Below are positions 1 to 18,020 of a stretch of DNA of 64,000 nt, piece by piece; position 1 is the stretch's first letter, and each line of letters starts with the position of its first letter. This DNA comes from the human T2T-CHM13v2.0 reference genome, Homo sapiens: NCBI RefSeq assembly GCF_009914755.1, contig NC_060934.1. One strand, given 5' to 3'. Position numbers and translations under genes: made by a program. A model generated the notes under the pieces. That model was not told the DNA's origin. It made no database searches and was given only the letters and a program-made list of their open reading frames with translations.

Positions 1-254
1 GGTCCGCAGCGCCCGCGGCCGCCTCCCACACCTCAGTGCCCCCGCCCCCCGGGGCTCCCCAGTCTCCGCGCCTCCTCTCTGCTCCTCTCCCCCGGCCTCC
101 GGCAGCCGGGAGCCGCGCGCGGACCCTCGGAGACCATGTCCTGACTGAGGGGAGAGGGCGGAGGCGGCAGCAGCGGGGCGGGCGGCGGCGCGAAGGGAGG
201 CGGAGAGGGGCCGGGCTCGACTCGTAGCCGCGGGCTGCGCGGGGAGTCGCCGCT

Positions 255-288
<34 letters not shown>

Positions 289-345
289 AGCGCCCGTCGG
301 ACGGGGAGGAGGAGCAGGAGCTGGAGGAGGAGCCGCCGCCGCCAG
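1..345 (+). other. ZRANB1: Distal, mainly non-coding first exon (TSS not determinable; donor after 345)
   Basis: Donor CCAG|GTAACC at 345/346 inside the CpG island, same strand as the coding exons. The start coordinate is only the window edge. Confidence 0.65.
255..287 (+). repeat. (GCC)11 trinucleotide repeat in the first exon
   Basis: Direct count: 11 perfect GCC units, preceded by GCC GCT; a further (GCC)4 at 332-343. Confidence 0.97.
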
Positions 346-474
346 GTAACCGGGCCCCGGGGGGCGCCCCACCGCGGCCTGCCGGGCCCCTCGCTCCCAG
401 GCGGCGCCCAGGTTGCCGGGCCTCACGGGCTGTCCGCCCGCCCGGCGCCCCAGGGGCGACCGCGTCGCAGGCGC

Positions 475-565
475 GGGGAGGGCAGGGGCCCGGGCCGCCG
501 CTGTCGGCGCTTCCATCTTGGGCGCTCCGGTTGCGGGGACGGCCCGGGGGCTGTGGGAGGGCGGG
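475..565 (+). other. Two canonical G-quadruplex motifs at the start of intron 1
   Basis: GGGG-A-GGG-CA-GGGG-CCC-GGG (475-494) and GGGGG-CTGT-GGG-A-GGG-C-GGG (546-565) fit the G3+N1-7 pattern. Confidence 0.6.
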
Positions 566-1265
566 TCCGCCCAGCTTGTTTACCGACCGCCGGCCGCCCG
601 TGGCTGGACGCGGTGCCGGTCCCACCGCCGCTCTTCCGCCAGATTTCCCCACAACTTCTTTTCCTGCCGGAGACGGATCGGCGAGTGGGGTTTCGCTCCC
701 ACTCCGCAATAGGCCGTAAACACTTGGGTCCATCGCCACAAGTTGGTTCTGGTGTCTCCAAACTTGTATTTCAGTCCCTCGGCCGCTTGCTTTCCACCTC
801 CTGCGGTGGCCTCCAGTTGCCATTTGTAGGAAAATAAAGGTGGGGGACGACGAGGCGGGTGGGGAGGAGGAGCTGGAGCTAGTGGAAAGATTCGTCTACC
901 CCTCCTGCTCGCAGTAACGAGTGTTCAGTGCAAGGATCTGTTTTTTCTCTGCTATGGTTTGGTGCGGGTCATTTCACAGACAAAAGAACTGTAGTGAATG
1001 CTGGCATTAAGCGCAAGGGACAGGCAGTTTAGGTTAAGCCTGGAAGTTTGAACCGGCCCATTATCTTTGAGATACACTGGTGTTTTGAAACTCTCTTGCT
1101 GAGGATATTGTATTTCAGTCAGTTGATTACCCTTTTCTGTAACTCCGTAGACTATCGATTTAAGCGCCGCCCCATCTTACCAGTATTTTGGTTTCACCGT
1201 GTTTATGATGATGTTAATAAATCTAATGTGCAAAAATACCGTTTTAGGAACACAATTGGAGATAA

Positions 1266-1561
<296 letters not shown>

Positions 1562-2310
1562 TGAGAGAAATCTTTAACTCTGGGACCTATTATATAATGA
1601 GTTATTTCTTTACCTGTGTGTTTTAGTTAACTTCTTTTATCACTTGTGCAGCATCCAGCAGTACCCCTGTTTTGGTCAAACATGGATGACTCAGTGTACA
1701 AACCATAAGCCAGGGGAAACCATAAGGAATTTTGATCTTGGCTTGTGCCAAGGCTCTTGGGAAAGTCATCTGAACTATGGGAGAAATAAAGCTGGATCTT
1801 GTCTCCTTGTTATTATTTTGAATTAAATGAGGGAATTCTAAAAAAATTTAGAATCCTATTGACTTTTGGCTCTAAAGATAGGCAGTCTCTTTATACTAAA
1901 ATTTCATAACATTGTTTTTATTGGGCTGTTGGGGGTTTACGAGATAGTAGGACAGTAATGACATTTTGCTCTTTTGAGGAGGATGTTATCTGAGTGTCAT
2001 GAGGGATTTTATTTCTGTTGCTGTTTCGATACCTTTTATTAATGCCTCAGAGCATTGGGACACCCATTTATTTACTCTTGAAATGTGCTTGGGTGTGATG
2101 AACTCATTCATGGTAATATATTTTAAGCTCATGGCCTTGATCCATGTCTGTACACTGATAGGGGTTATGGATGTCACATTTAAAGTCTGAGGATTAACAT
2201 AGTTTTGGAACTCATGATCTAGTTGTACAATATATGAGGCAAATTGCTTCATATGTGTAATTGATACAGTGAGAGCTTGTCCATGTGCTTTATAATAAAT
2301 GTAAACGTTA

Positions 2311-3296
<986 letters not shown>

Positions 3297-5047
3297 GGAT
3301 TTGGTTCAGTTTTATTATATGGGCATTGCTGCTTGCCTCTTCCTTTCCAATAATAATCTCTTGTGTCTGGGCTTTGAATACTTATCCTCTCATTGATTTG
3401 GTATTCGATTTGGAATATTTGTGCTCCACTTATGCCTTATGCCTTGCACATTTGAACACTCTTACCTCCTCACATCACAACATAAAGACTTAGAGAAAAC
3501 TCCTTTATACAGGCAAAATAAAGTTCAAGCTTCTTGGTGTGGTGTTCAAGTTTCTCTGTAGTCTGGAACTGATCCATTCTTCAGTCCTAACTCTAATTTA
3601 TTTGTGAATCCCTAACTCTAGCCACACTAACTTGCTTGTTGTTCCTATGAAGTCCCTCCTCTTGGCCTTGCTTTATGCCATTCTTTCTGTTTGAAATCCT
3701 CTTCTGCTTGTATTCATGGAGACAATGTTCTGGGCCAAGAGAGGTCCTGTCTCTAGAGAAGCCTTTTTTGACTACTTTAACCCAAGGGATCTATTCAGTC
3801 TTCTCTTGCGTGAGACTTTCTTTTCTTAGAATATGCTAGCCTTGATTTCAGTTATCTTTTTATGTTTCTATTTTGCTTCCCAACTAGTTTTTTAAGACTT
3901 CTGCCAAATGGGTATATCTCTATACCCTGTATCTATCTATGGAGACCATATATTCAGCACTGAAAATATGAATACATGGTCTGACAAAGTATTTTTGGTT
4001 ATAGAGGTATTCTAGGATATGCAGTTTGTACTGTAGTAAGTATTGGTGTTTCTGGGACTTTATGGTTTATGAGACAAATACTTGAAACTATGGCTGTCTC
4101 TTTAAAAATTTGGTTGGTATGTTTATATGTATTATCAGCATACTTCTTTGCCCTGTAGAGGATGTTCAGCATTTTGATAGTGTTTGTGTCATATTATTAA
4201 AATAAAAATTAAATATTATGTTTCTCTGGTTTACTTCAGATTTGTGTCTGGGGCAGTTACTTGGGTCTTGGATGCTAAGTTTGGTCATTCCATATTGTAT
4301 GGAGGTAACATTTAGCATCATGGGAAGGAGAAAATAATCTGTAGCCTCAGTTTGTATTCTTAACCTCAGATGTTGGCAGCCTGTGTCACTGATGATAAGG
4401 CAGATGAGACAGGAGAATATGTGATTCACTACTGCTACCTGTCAACCGTCTTGAATGAAAAATAAGCTGGTCCACAGAATTTTTGTATACCAAGGATAAC
4501 ACATGTAATTATGTAGTACATAGGTGAATGCTGATGCATTTGGAAAATAGGTGTGTGTGTTTCTCTTGTATTGGATGAGTAGGAGGTATGGTATTTTATG
4601 GGTACACAGTCTCTTGGCACTAAACCATCTTGACTTACCTACTACATCTATGTGGAAACCTGTCCTCTTTCTCCAGTTCAATAAAATATTTTTCCCCTTG
4701 AAATTCATTTTTAGAAAGTATATAAAAAGTATTTTTTTTCAAGTGTCAGAAACCTTTTAGCATCATTGAAGTTAAAATGACTGTCCATAAACTTTTCAGA
4801 AATAGTAGGCATTTTAGGCTACTAGATTTGTAAAAGGTATTTTCATAGAATTATACCAGTGATTTCACCACCTGAAAAATCTGGATCCGTAAGCATTCTT
4901 TGCTTTTTGGAAGGGTGGTATTTTGGTTAATTCCATGAAGTTTTTGACAGGAGCCATAAGTTTGAATTTTAAAATGGGGGTTGGCCAGGTAAATTGAATA
5001 TAAAATTAATATTTTTTCTGCTGCCTAGTGAATTAAATTAAAAAAAA

Positions 5048-5891
<844 letters not shown>

Positions 5892-6019
5892 CTAAATTTT
5901 TTAGTAATGAAAAAAATAAACTACTACCCAGGCGTGGTGTCATGTGGCTGTAGTCCCAGCTACATGGGAGGCTCAGGTGGGAGGATCGCTTGATCCCAGG
6001 AATTCGAGTCCAGTCTGGG

Positions 6020-6960
6020 TGTATTAGTTTGTTTTCACATTGCTATAAAGAACTATCAGCCGGGCGCAGTGGCTCACTCCTGTGATCCCAGCACATTAAG
6101 AGGCCTAGGCGGGTAGATCACAAGGTCAGGAGTTCAAGACCATCCTGGCCAACATGGTGAAACCTCGTCTCTACTAAAAACACAAAAATTGGCTGGGCAT
6201 GGTGGTGCACACCTGTAGTCTCAGTTACTCGGGAGGCTGAGGCAGGAGAATTGCTTGAACCCAGGAGGCAGAGGTTGCAGAGAGCTGAGCTACACTCCAG
6301 CCTGGGCGACAGAGCAAGACTCTGTCTCAAAAACAAACAAACAAAAAAAACAAACTAGCTGATGCCAGGTGCTGTGGCTCATACCTGTAATCCCAGCACT
6401 TTGGGAGGCCAAGGCAGGTGGATCACGAGATCAGGAGTTCGAGACCAACCTGACCAACATGGTGAAACCGTGTCTCTACTAAAAATTCAAAAAAATTAGC
6501 TGGGCGTGGTGGTGCGCACCTGTAATCCCAGCACTTTGGGAGGCCAAGGCAGGAGAATCTTGAACCCAGGAGGTGGAGGTTGCAGTGAGCCGAGATTGTG
6601 CCACTGCGCTTCAGCCTGCCTCGGAAGAAAAGAAAAAGAACTACCTGAGATTGGTAATTTATAAAGAAAAGGGGTTTAACTGACTAACAGTTTCTCATGA
6701 CTGGGGAGGCTTCATGAAACTTATGGTAGAAGGTGAAGAGAAAAAAAGCACCTTCACAAGGCAGGAGAGAGAGAGTGAGCAGGGGAAGTGCCACGCTTTT
6801 AAACTATCAGATCTCCTGAGAACTCACTCAGTATCTCAAGAACAGCATAGGGGAAACCGCCCCCATGATCCGGTCACTTCCCACCGGGTCCCTCCCTTGA
6901 CACATGGGGATTACAGTTGGCAATGAGATTTGGGTGGGGACACAGAGCCAAACCATATAA
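6020..6960 (-). mobile_element. MaLR solo LTR (MSTA-like), interrupted by two + strand Alus (~6058-6353, ~6364-6637)
   Basis: tgtattagtttgttttcacattgctataaagaacta...gggtggggacacagagccaaaccatataa matches MST/THE1 LTR termini. 5-bp TSD CTGGG at 6015-6019 and 6961-6965. Confidence 0.85.
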
Positions 6961-7124
6961 CTGGGCAAAGTAGCAAGACCCTATCTCTTACCAAAAAAAA
7001 AAGAATTTTTGTTATTTTTATTGTTCATATATTGAGGGCAAACTGTCCCTCTCACTCCTGAACTCACACACCGCAGTTTTGGTTTTTCATCCTTTGTCAA
7101 GTCAATTTTTAATGTGGGTGGTCT

Positions 7125-7258
7125 CTTTCTTTTTTTTTTGAGATGGGGTCTTGGTACGTTACTCAGGCTGGTGTCAAACTCCTGAGTTCAAGTGATCTGC
7201 CCGCCTTGGCCTCCCAAAGTGCTGGGACTGCAGGCTTGATGAGCCTCCGCACCTGGCC
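7125..7258 (-). mobile_element. FLAM_C-like Alu monomer
   Basis: Single left-arm monomer flanked by TSD taatgtgggtggt. Confidence 0.8.
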
Positions 7259-7359
7259 ATAATGTGGGTGGTTTTAATTCATATAAATAAAAAATATTTG
7301 AATGCGTGATATTAATTGGAATCAGTTGCAAATCTTTCCAGTTTTTTCTAAAAAAAAAA

Positions 7360-8870
<1,511 letters not shown>

Positions 8871-8880
8871 TAGCAGTGCA

Positions 8881-10003
8881 CAGTCACGCGTTGCTTAAAT
8901 GTTCTGAGCAATGCATTTTTAGGTGATTTTGTCGTTGTGCGAACATCATAGAGTCTACTTAGACAAAACCTAGATAGTATAGCCTACTGCACAGTAGGCC
9001 ATGGGTTATAGCCTGTTGTTCCTAGGCCATAAACGCTGTATAGCATGTTACTGTATTGAATACTGTGGTGTTTTTCTAACACAAAGATAAGTATTCATGA
9101 ATGTAAACATAAACATAGAAAAAGCACAGTAGAAATATGGTGTAAAAGATAAAAAATGGTACACCTGTATAGGGGAATGGAGCTTGCAAAACTGGAAGTT
9201 GCTCTGGGTAAGTCAGTGAGTGAGTGATGAATGAATGTCAAGGACATTACTATACACCACTGTAGACTTCATAGACAGTGAACACTTTGGCTACACTAAG
9301 TTTATTTAAAAAATTTTCTTCAAAAATAAATTAATCTTAGCTTATTGTAACTTTTTAACTTTATAAATTTTTAATTTTTAAAAAAACTTTAGACTTTTGT
9401 AGTAACACTTAAAACACAAACACATTGTGTAGCTGCACAAAAATATTTTGGTTCTTTAGATCCTTACCTTATAAGCTTTTTTTGCCAAAAACTAGGACAC
9501 ACGTTAGCTTAGGCCTACACAGGGCCAGGATCATCAGTATCACTGTCTTCCACCTGTACATCTTGTCCCACTGGAAGGTCTTCGGGGGCAATAACATGCG
9601 TAGAGCTATCATCTGTGATAACAATGCCTTCTAGAATACCTCCTGAAGGACCTGCCTAGGGCTTCTTTACAGTAGACTTTTTTTTTTAAAGGAAGTAGGA
9701 GTAACATTGTAAAATGACAATAAAAAGTATAGTAAACAAACTGGTAACATACTTATTATCATGATCAGATATTACGTACTGTATATAATTTTACATGCTA
9801 CACATAGCTAGACTGCCAGCGCAGTAGGTTTGTTTACACCAGCATCACTACAAACGTGAGTAATGAATGTATTGTGCCATGACATTATGGTGGCTTTGAC
9901 GTCACAAGGCAAATTTTTCAGCTTTGTTATATAATCTTATGGGGACTACTGTCACATATACAGTCTGTCTTCGATTGACACATGGTTATGCAGGCTATCA
10001 CTG
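8881..10003. mobile_element. Tigger3b-like (TcMar-Tigger) non-autonomous DNA transposon
   Basis: Starts CAGTCACGCG..., contains gaacatcatagagt...cacaaacctagat-type text, ends ataatcttatgggg...actg followed by TA; about 1.1 kb. Confidence 0.8.
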
Positions 10004-10011
10004 TAATTCTC

Positions 10012-10306
10012 TTTTTTTCTTTTTTTGAGATGGAGTCTCGCTGTCGCCCAGGCTGGAGTGCAGTGGCGCGATCTCGGCTCACTGCAGGCTCCGCCCCCTG
10101 GGGTTCACGCCATCCTCTTGCCTCAGCCTCCTGAGTAGCTGGGACTACAGGCGCCCGCCACCTCGCCCGGCTAATTTTTTGTATTTTTAGTGGAGATGGG
10201 GTTTCACCGTGTTAGCCAGAATGGTCTCGATCTCCTGATCTCGTGATCCGCCCGCCTCGGCCTCCCAAAGTGCTGGGATTACAGGCGTGAGCCACCGCGC
10301 CCGGCC
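10012..10306 (-). mobile_element. Young AluY (Ye5-like diagnostics) with 11-bp TSD CTGTAATTCTC
   Basis: gcaggctccgccccctggggttc, gccacctcgcccggc and gtctcgctgtcgccc match the recalled AluYe5 consensus. TSD at 10001-10011 and 10307-10317. Confidence 0.8.
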
Positions 10307-10806
10307 CTGTAATTCTCAACTGTAAGTTGATTTATTGCAAGGCAGGATTCCCTGGATATATGAAGAAATTATCCCTATTCTGCAGCAGAAGGAAAGGATC
10401 TCTCTTAGTGTTGCACAGTAAAAGTTGAAACAATACACTTGTGAGTGGAATTCTGAAGACATCACTTCTGTGATTTTTAAACCACTTCTAAATCCTTTCC
10501 TCTTTTGTTTGTGGTGGGTAGTTAACTTCACTTTTTGGTATTTAATGGAGCTAAAGTTTATTTTTAAACGGGAACTAGTTCAGTTTTCCGAACTAACTAA
10601 ACTTTTTGTGGAATACTATCTTTTGATACCAGCAGAATATTAAGTTTCTTTTTATTAACTAAATGATTAATAAGCAATGTTTACATGGAGATACTGTTTA
10701 GGGACATAATGAGTTTTTCACAGTTCAGTGTTAGAAACAAATCATAATTCAGTAAACTAAGAACTATTTTAGAAGTTTGTTTTGAAGTGGTAAAGAAGGG
10801 ATTAAA

Positions 10807-11110
10807 GGCCTGGCGCGGTGGGTCATTCCTGTAATCCCAGCACTTTGGGAGGCTGAGGCGGGCAGATCACTTGAGGCCAGGAGTTGGAGACCAGCCTGGC
10901 CAACATGGCGAAACCCCATCTCTACCAAAAACACAAAAATTAGCTGGGCATGGTGGCACATGCCCATAATCCCAGCTTCTTGGGAGGCTGAGGCATAAGA
11001 ATTGCTTGAACCTGGGAGATGGAGGTTGCAGTGAGCTGAGATCGCATCACTGCACTACAGCCTGGGTGATAGAGCAAGACTGTCTGAAAAAAAGAAAAAA
11101 TAAATAAAAG
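10807..11110 (+). mobile_element. AluS
   Basis: Full dimeric Alu with A-rich tail. Confidence 0.9.
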
Positions 11111-11719
11111 AACTAAGTTTATTCAGTAACATGAGATTGGGGTTGGTCAGGATGGGCTTTACCGAGGTGGGAACATTTAAGCTGGTCCTTGAAGGAGCAG
11201 TACCAGATTTCTAGGTATATAAAACGGGGTAAGAAGGGGAATAGGAGTAGGCAAGCATCCTGTTACGAGTGAAGGCATGGAGACATGAAAATTACATGTC
11301 ATCTTTAGGGACTAGCAGAGGCTACGGTGTCGCCGAAGCATGCAGATGAGGTTGGAAAGGCACTCTTAGCACTTGATCCTCACCTTCCCCTGGGGCTGGG
11401 AATTAGAAGGGAGGAGTGATCTCCTTAAGTGTGGATCATCTTTACAGATGTGAAGAGCCATTACCCACCCCTCCCCAACTGTGCAACTGTGAGTGTGTAT
11501 TGGGAAGATATGTCAGGGATATTTGTGGTATATATTAGAAGTGTTGAAGGCATTGTTTTTATAGAAATTATTTTAGTAAATTCTTTTTTATTATTGGGCA
11601 CCTCCTATGTGATTTGAAGTTGCTTAGGATTTTCTAAAAGATTACATAAAATACTGTTGAAAAGATGATTGCATACAAAACATAATCTGTTCATTGTTAA
11701 ACGTATACGAAATGTTGGG

Positions 11720-12230
11720 ATACATCTGTGAACAAGACAAAGTCTTTGCTAATTGTGTTCTATTTACGCTCTAGTGTGGAGAGACAAATGAAGAAAGAAA
11801 TGTCAGATAGTGATAAGTGCTGTGCAGAAAATTAAAGTAGGGTGATGTGATGGAGAATGCCTGAGTGGTCAGAGAAAATCTTTCTGAAGAGGTGACATTT
11901 AAACTGATATCTCAATGACAAGAATGATGTGGAAAATCCGGGGAAATAACATTCTAGGCAGAGGAGATTTCTAATACAAAGCACCTAAAGGGAGAATCAT
12001 CTTGACTTGTAAAAGGAACAGAAAGTCACTTTATGTAAAAATTTGTAAGTAAGGCTGGGGAGTTTTAATTTTATTCTGTGTAAGGATGGTGGATAGAGTG
12101 GAAGTGCTAGATCACTTAGTCTCTGCAGTAATCCAAGTGACAAATAATGGTGGCTTGGAATAGGGGTATAGCAGGGGAGTCTGGAATGAAGCAAACTTTT
12201 GGGGACTTGTTTAGGAGGTAGTATCAGTGG
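11720..12230. mobile_element. Degenerate L2 fragment
   Basis: gaacaagacaaagtc...tctctgaagaggtgacatttaaactga...gtaatccaagtga resembles L2 3' region text. Confidence 0.6.
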
Positions 12231-12354
12231 TAGCTAGCTAATCTGTTTTGTAGCCTGATAATCTTGGACAATGTGTTTATAATCATGGAAGGTTGTGGTG
12301 CATTAGCAAGAGGGTACTGGAGTCAGAACTGGGGTTCACTTCCTAGCCTTGTGA

Positions 12355-13016
<662 letters not shown>

Positions 13017-13257
13017 GATATGGGGTACTTTAAGAGGGAAGGTACCTGAGGATTCAATGAAGTTACTGTTCTTTACCTAAAGCTCCGTACAAAACTTAAG
13101 TTGATGTTACATCAAGCTGGCGAGTGTTCGTGATGTTAATGGGTTTTGAAGTGATCAGTTTTAGCCCTCCACTTAAAGATAGGTAAGCCATTATGGTCCC
13201 CATTTTTTCAGATGTGAGGCTTGGGTTCTAAGGATTTGGCTAGTATTTCAGATGTAA

Positions 13258-16481
<3,224 letters not shown>

Positions 16482-17679
16482 GACAGAAATTAAATTCTGA
16501 ATGAAGTAGCATGTTCATAGTTCTTGCAAAAGTTGTTTTATTATTATTTAAATGCTGGATTGCTGTGTATTTTTGGAGTTAATTGTTCCATTTCCATACA
16601 TGTTTAAGAAAACTGTGGTCTTTCATCCAGTTAGATTGCAGGTTCTCTGAGCACAGGGACAGTGTTTTGTCTAGTTATATCTCTCCATATTTCTGAGTGC
16701 ATGGTAAACCTTTGGTAAATGTTGTCATAGGTTGTTACATTAGTTTTGTTTGGGATTGTGATTTAAGGTACGTGATTGACCTGGGATGTCTCAAACTGTG
16801 TAAAGGAACTATGCTCTAAGATAGGTTCTGCTGAAGCTCAAGACATACCTGTATTACACCCGCTCACTTTCTTGTTACGATTGAGGAACTGAAGTGTTCA
16901 GATAGAGTAAGTATGTAAAGAGCTAGAAATCCTCCTGAGATGACAAGATGAACAGAAAGAGCATTAATATTGTTTCATGCTAGATTTGACACAATGTAAG
17001 TTAACTTTTTGTCTTTAAGATCTTCTTTCATTCTAGTCAGTGGATTGCTAATTGTCTAGTGGTTTAAAAGAAAACAAGACCATTAGAGTTGTAACTTTTA
17101 TTACAGTTTTTTCTAATGTATCCTTGACAGATTAAAATGTAACATTTAAATTCGTTACATTTTGAAGATTTAGGTTTGGTTGGAATGAAGTTAGTTGTAG
17201 TTGTAGAGGGTAATCACCTCAGTTAATTAAGGCATAGTGCTGATAAGGCCAAGGTCACCCTGGCAGGTGTTATTTAATTTTACCTTGTCCAACTTATCCA
17301 CAAATTCCTGGGAAGAGTACAGTGTGTTTAGTTCAGATCTACTCATTTGATACAGATGCCATAGATAATAGTGACCTCTTTTTATAGGAATGCCAGCTCA
17401 TTTTTGAGATCTAATTATTGATTATTTACATACAATTTCACACTAATTTAGGACTTTTAGAAGATACTTAATGATTGCAAAAGTTTTGTACTTGTGTCAT
17501 TGTCATAGCAAGATTTGAATAGTTAACCAGCTTATGGGTTGCCACAGTGCTCTGGATGGTAGACTTTCAGAGCAGTGACGAAAGGAACAAACATTTATTG
17601 AACAATTTTGCGGCTTTTAGTAGTCTAATCCCTTTAATTTGTAGATGGGAAAACTGAGGCTCAGAAATAGGAAATTCTG

Positions 17680-18020
17680 ATTACGAATTGAGTTTTGGAC
17701 ATGTTAAGTGTGAGAAACTTGTTAAACCTTCAAATTGAGATGTCAGGTGGGCAACTGGTTTTACAAATCTTGAGTTAGGGGAGAGATCCAACTTGGAGAT
17801 ACAAATTTTTAAATTATCATGAAGTAGATGATATTTAAAGCCCAGGGATTGTCTAAGATCCCCAAAGTAGTTAGAGGTTAGAGAGAAGAGGACCAAAGCT
17901 TGGGGCACTTGGCTCTTTAATTCAGAAAGATAAGGAAGCCAACAAAGAAGTTTGAGGAAGAAAAGCTACTGAGATTGGAGGAAAACCAGGAGAATGTCTT
18001 GGAAGCCATGTGAGAACAGT
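17680..18020. mobile_element. L2 fragment
   Basis: gagttttggacatgttaagtgtgag...ggagatacaaatttt...aagcccagggattg...ggaaaaccaggagaatgtc resembles L2 consensus. Confidence 0.65.

Larger units (their letters stand above)
1..920 (+). promoter_or_regulatory. ZRANB1: CpG-island promoter of ZRANB1 (probably continues upstream of the window)
   Basis: Very high GC and CpG density over 1-~920, then an abrupt drop to AT-rich, CpG-depleted intron. GC-box-like elements, no TATA box, YY1-like CCATCTT near 513-519. Confidence 0.88.

Noticed and set aside
36-837. Pro/Arg/Gly-rich ORFs in the CpG island
   Set aside because: Non-ATG starts and stop-codon scarcity in GC-rich DNA; no recognisable domains, and most lie in intron 1.
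4730-5030. Possible antisense processed-pseudogene fragment ending in a short T run
   Set aside because: Only an 8-9 nt T run, with no clear TSD or identifiable parent gene; needs BLAST.
17205-17262. tRNA-like text (ctcagtta..a.gcat.gtgctgataaggccaaggtca)
   Set aside because: Too degenerate, with no intact B box or cloverleaf; at most an ancient tRNA-derived SINE remnant.
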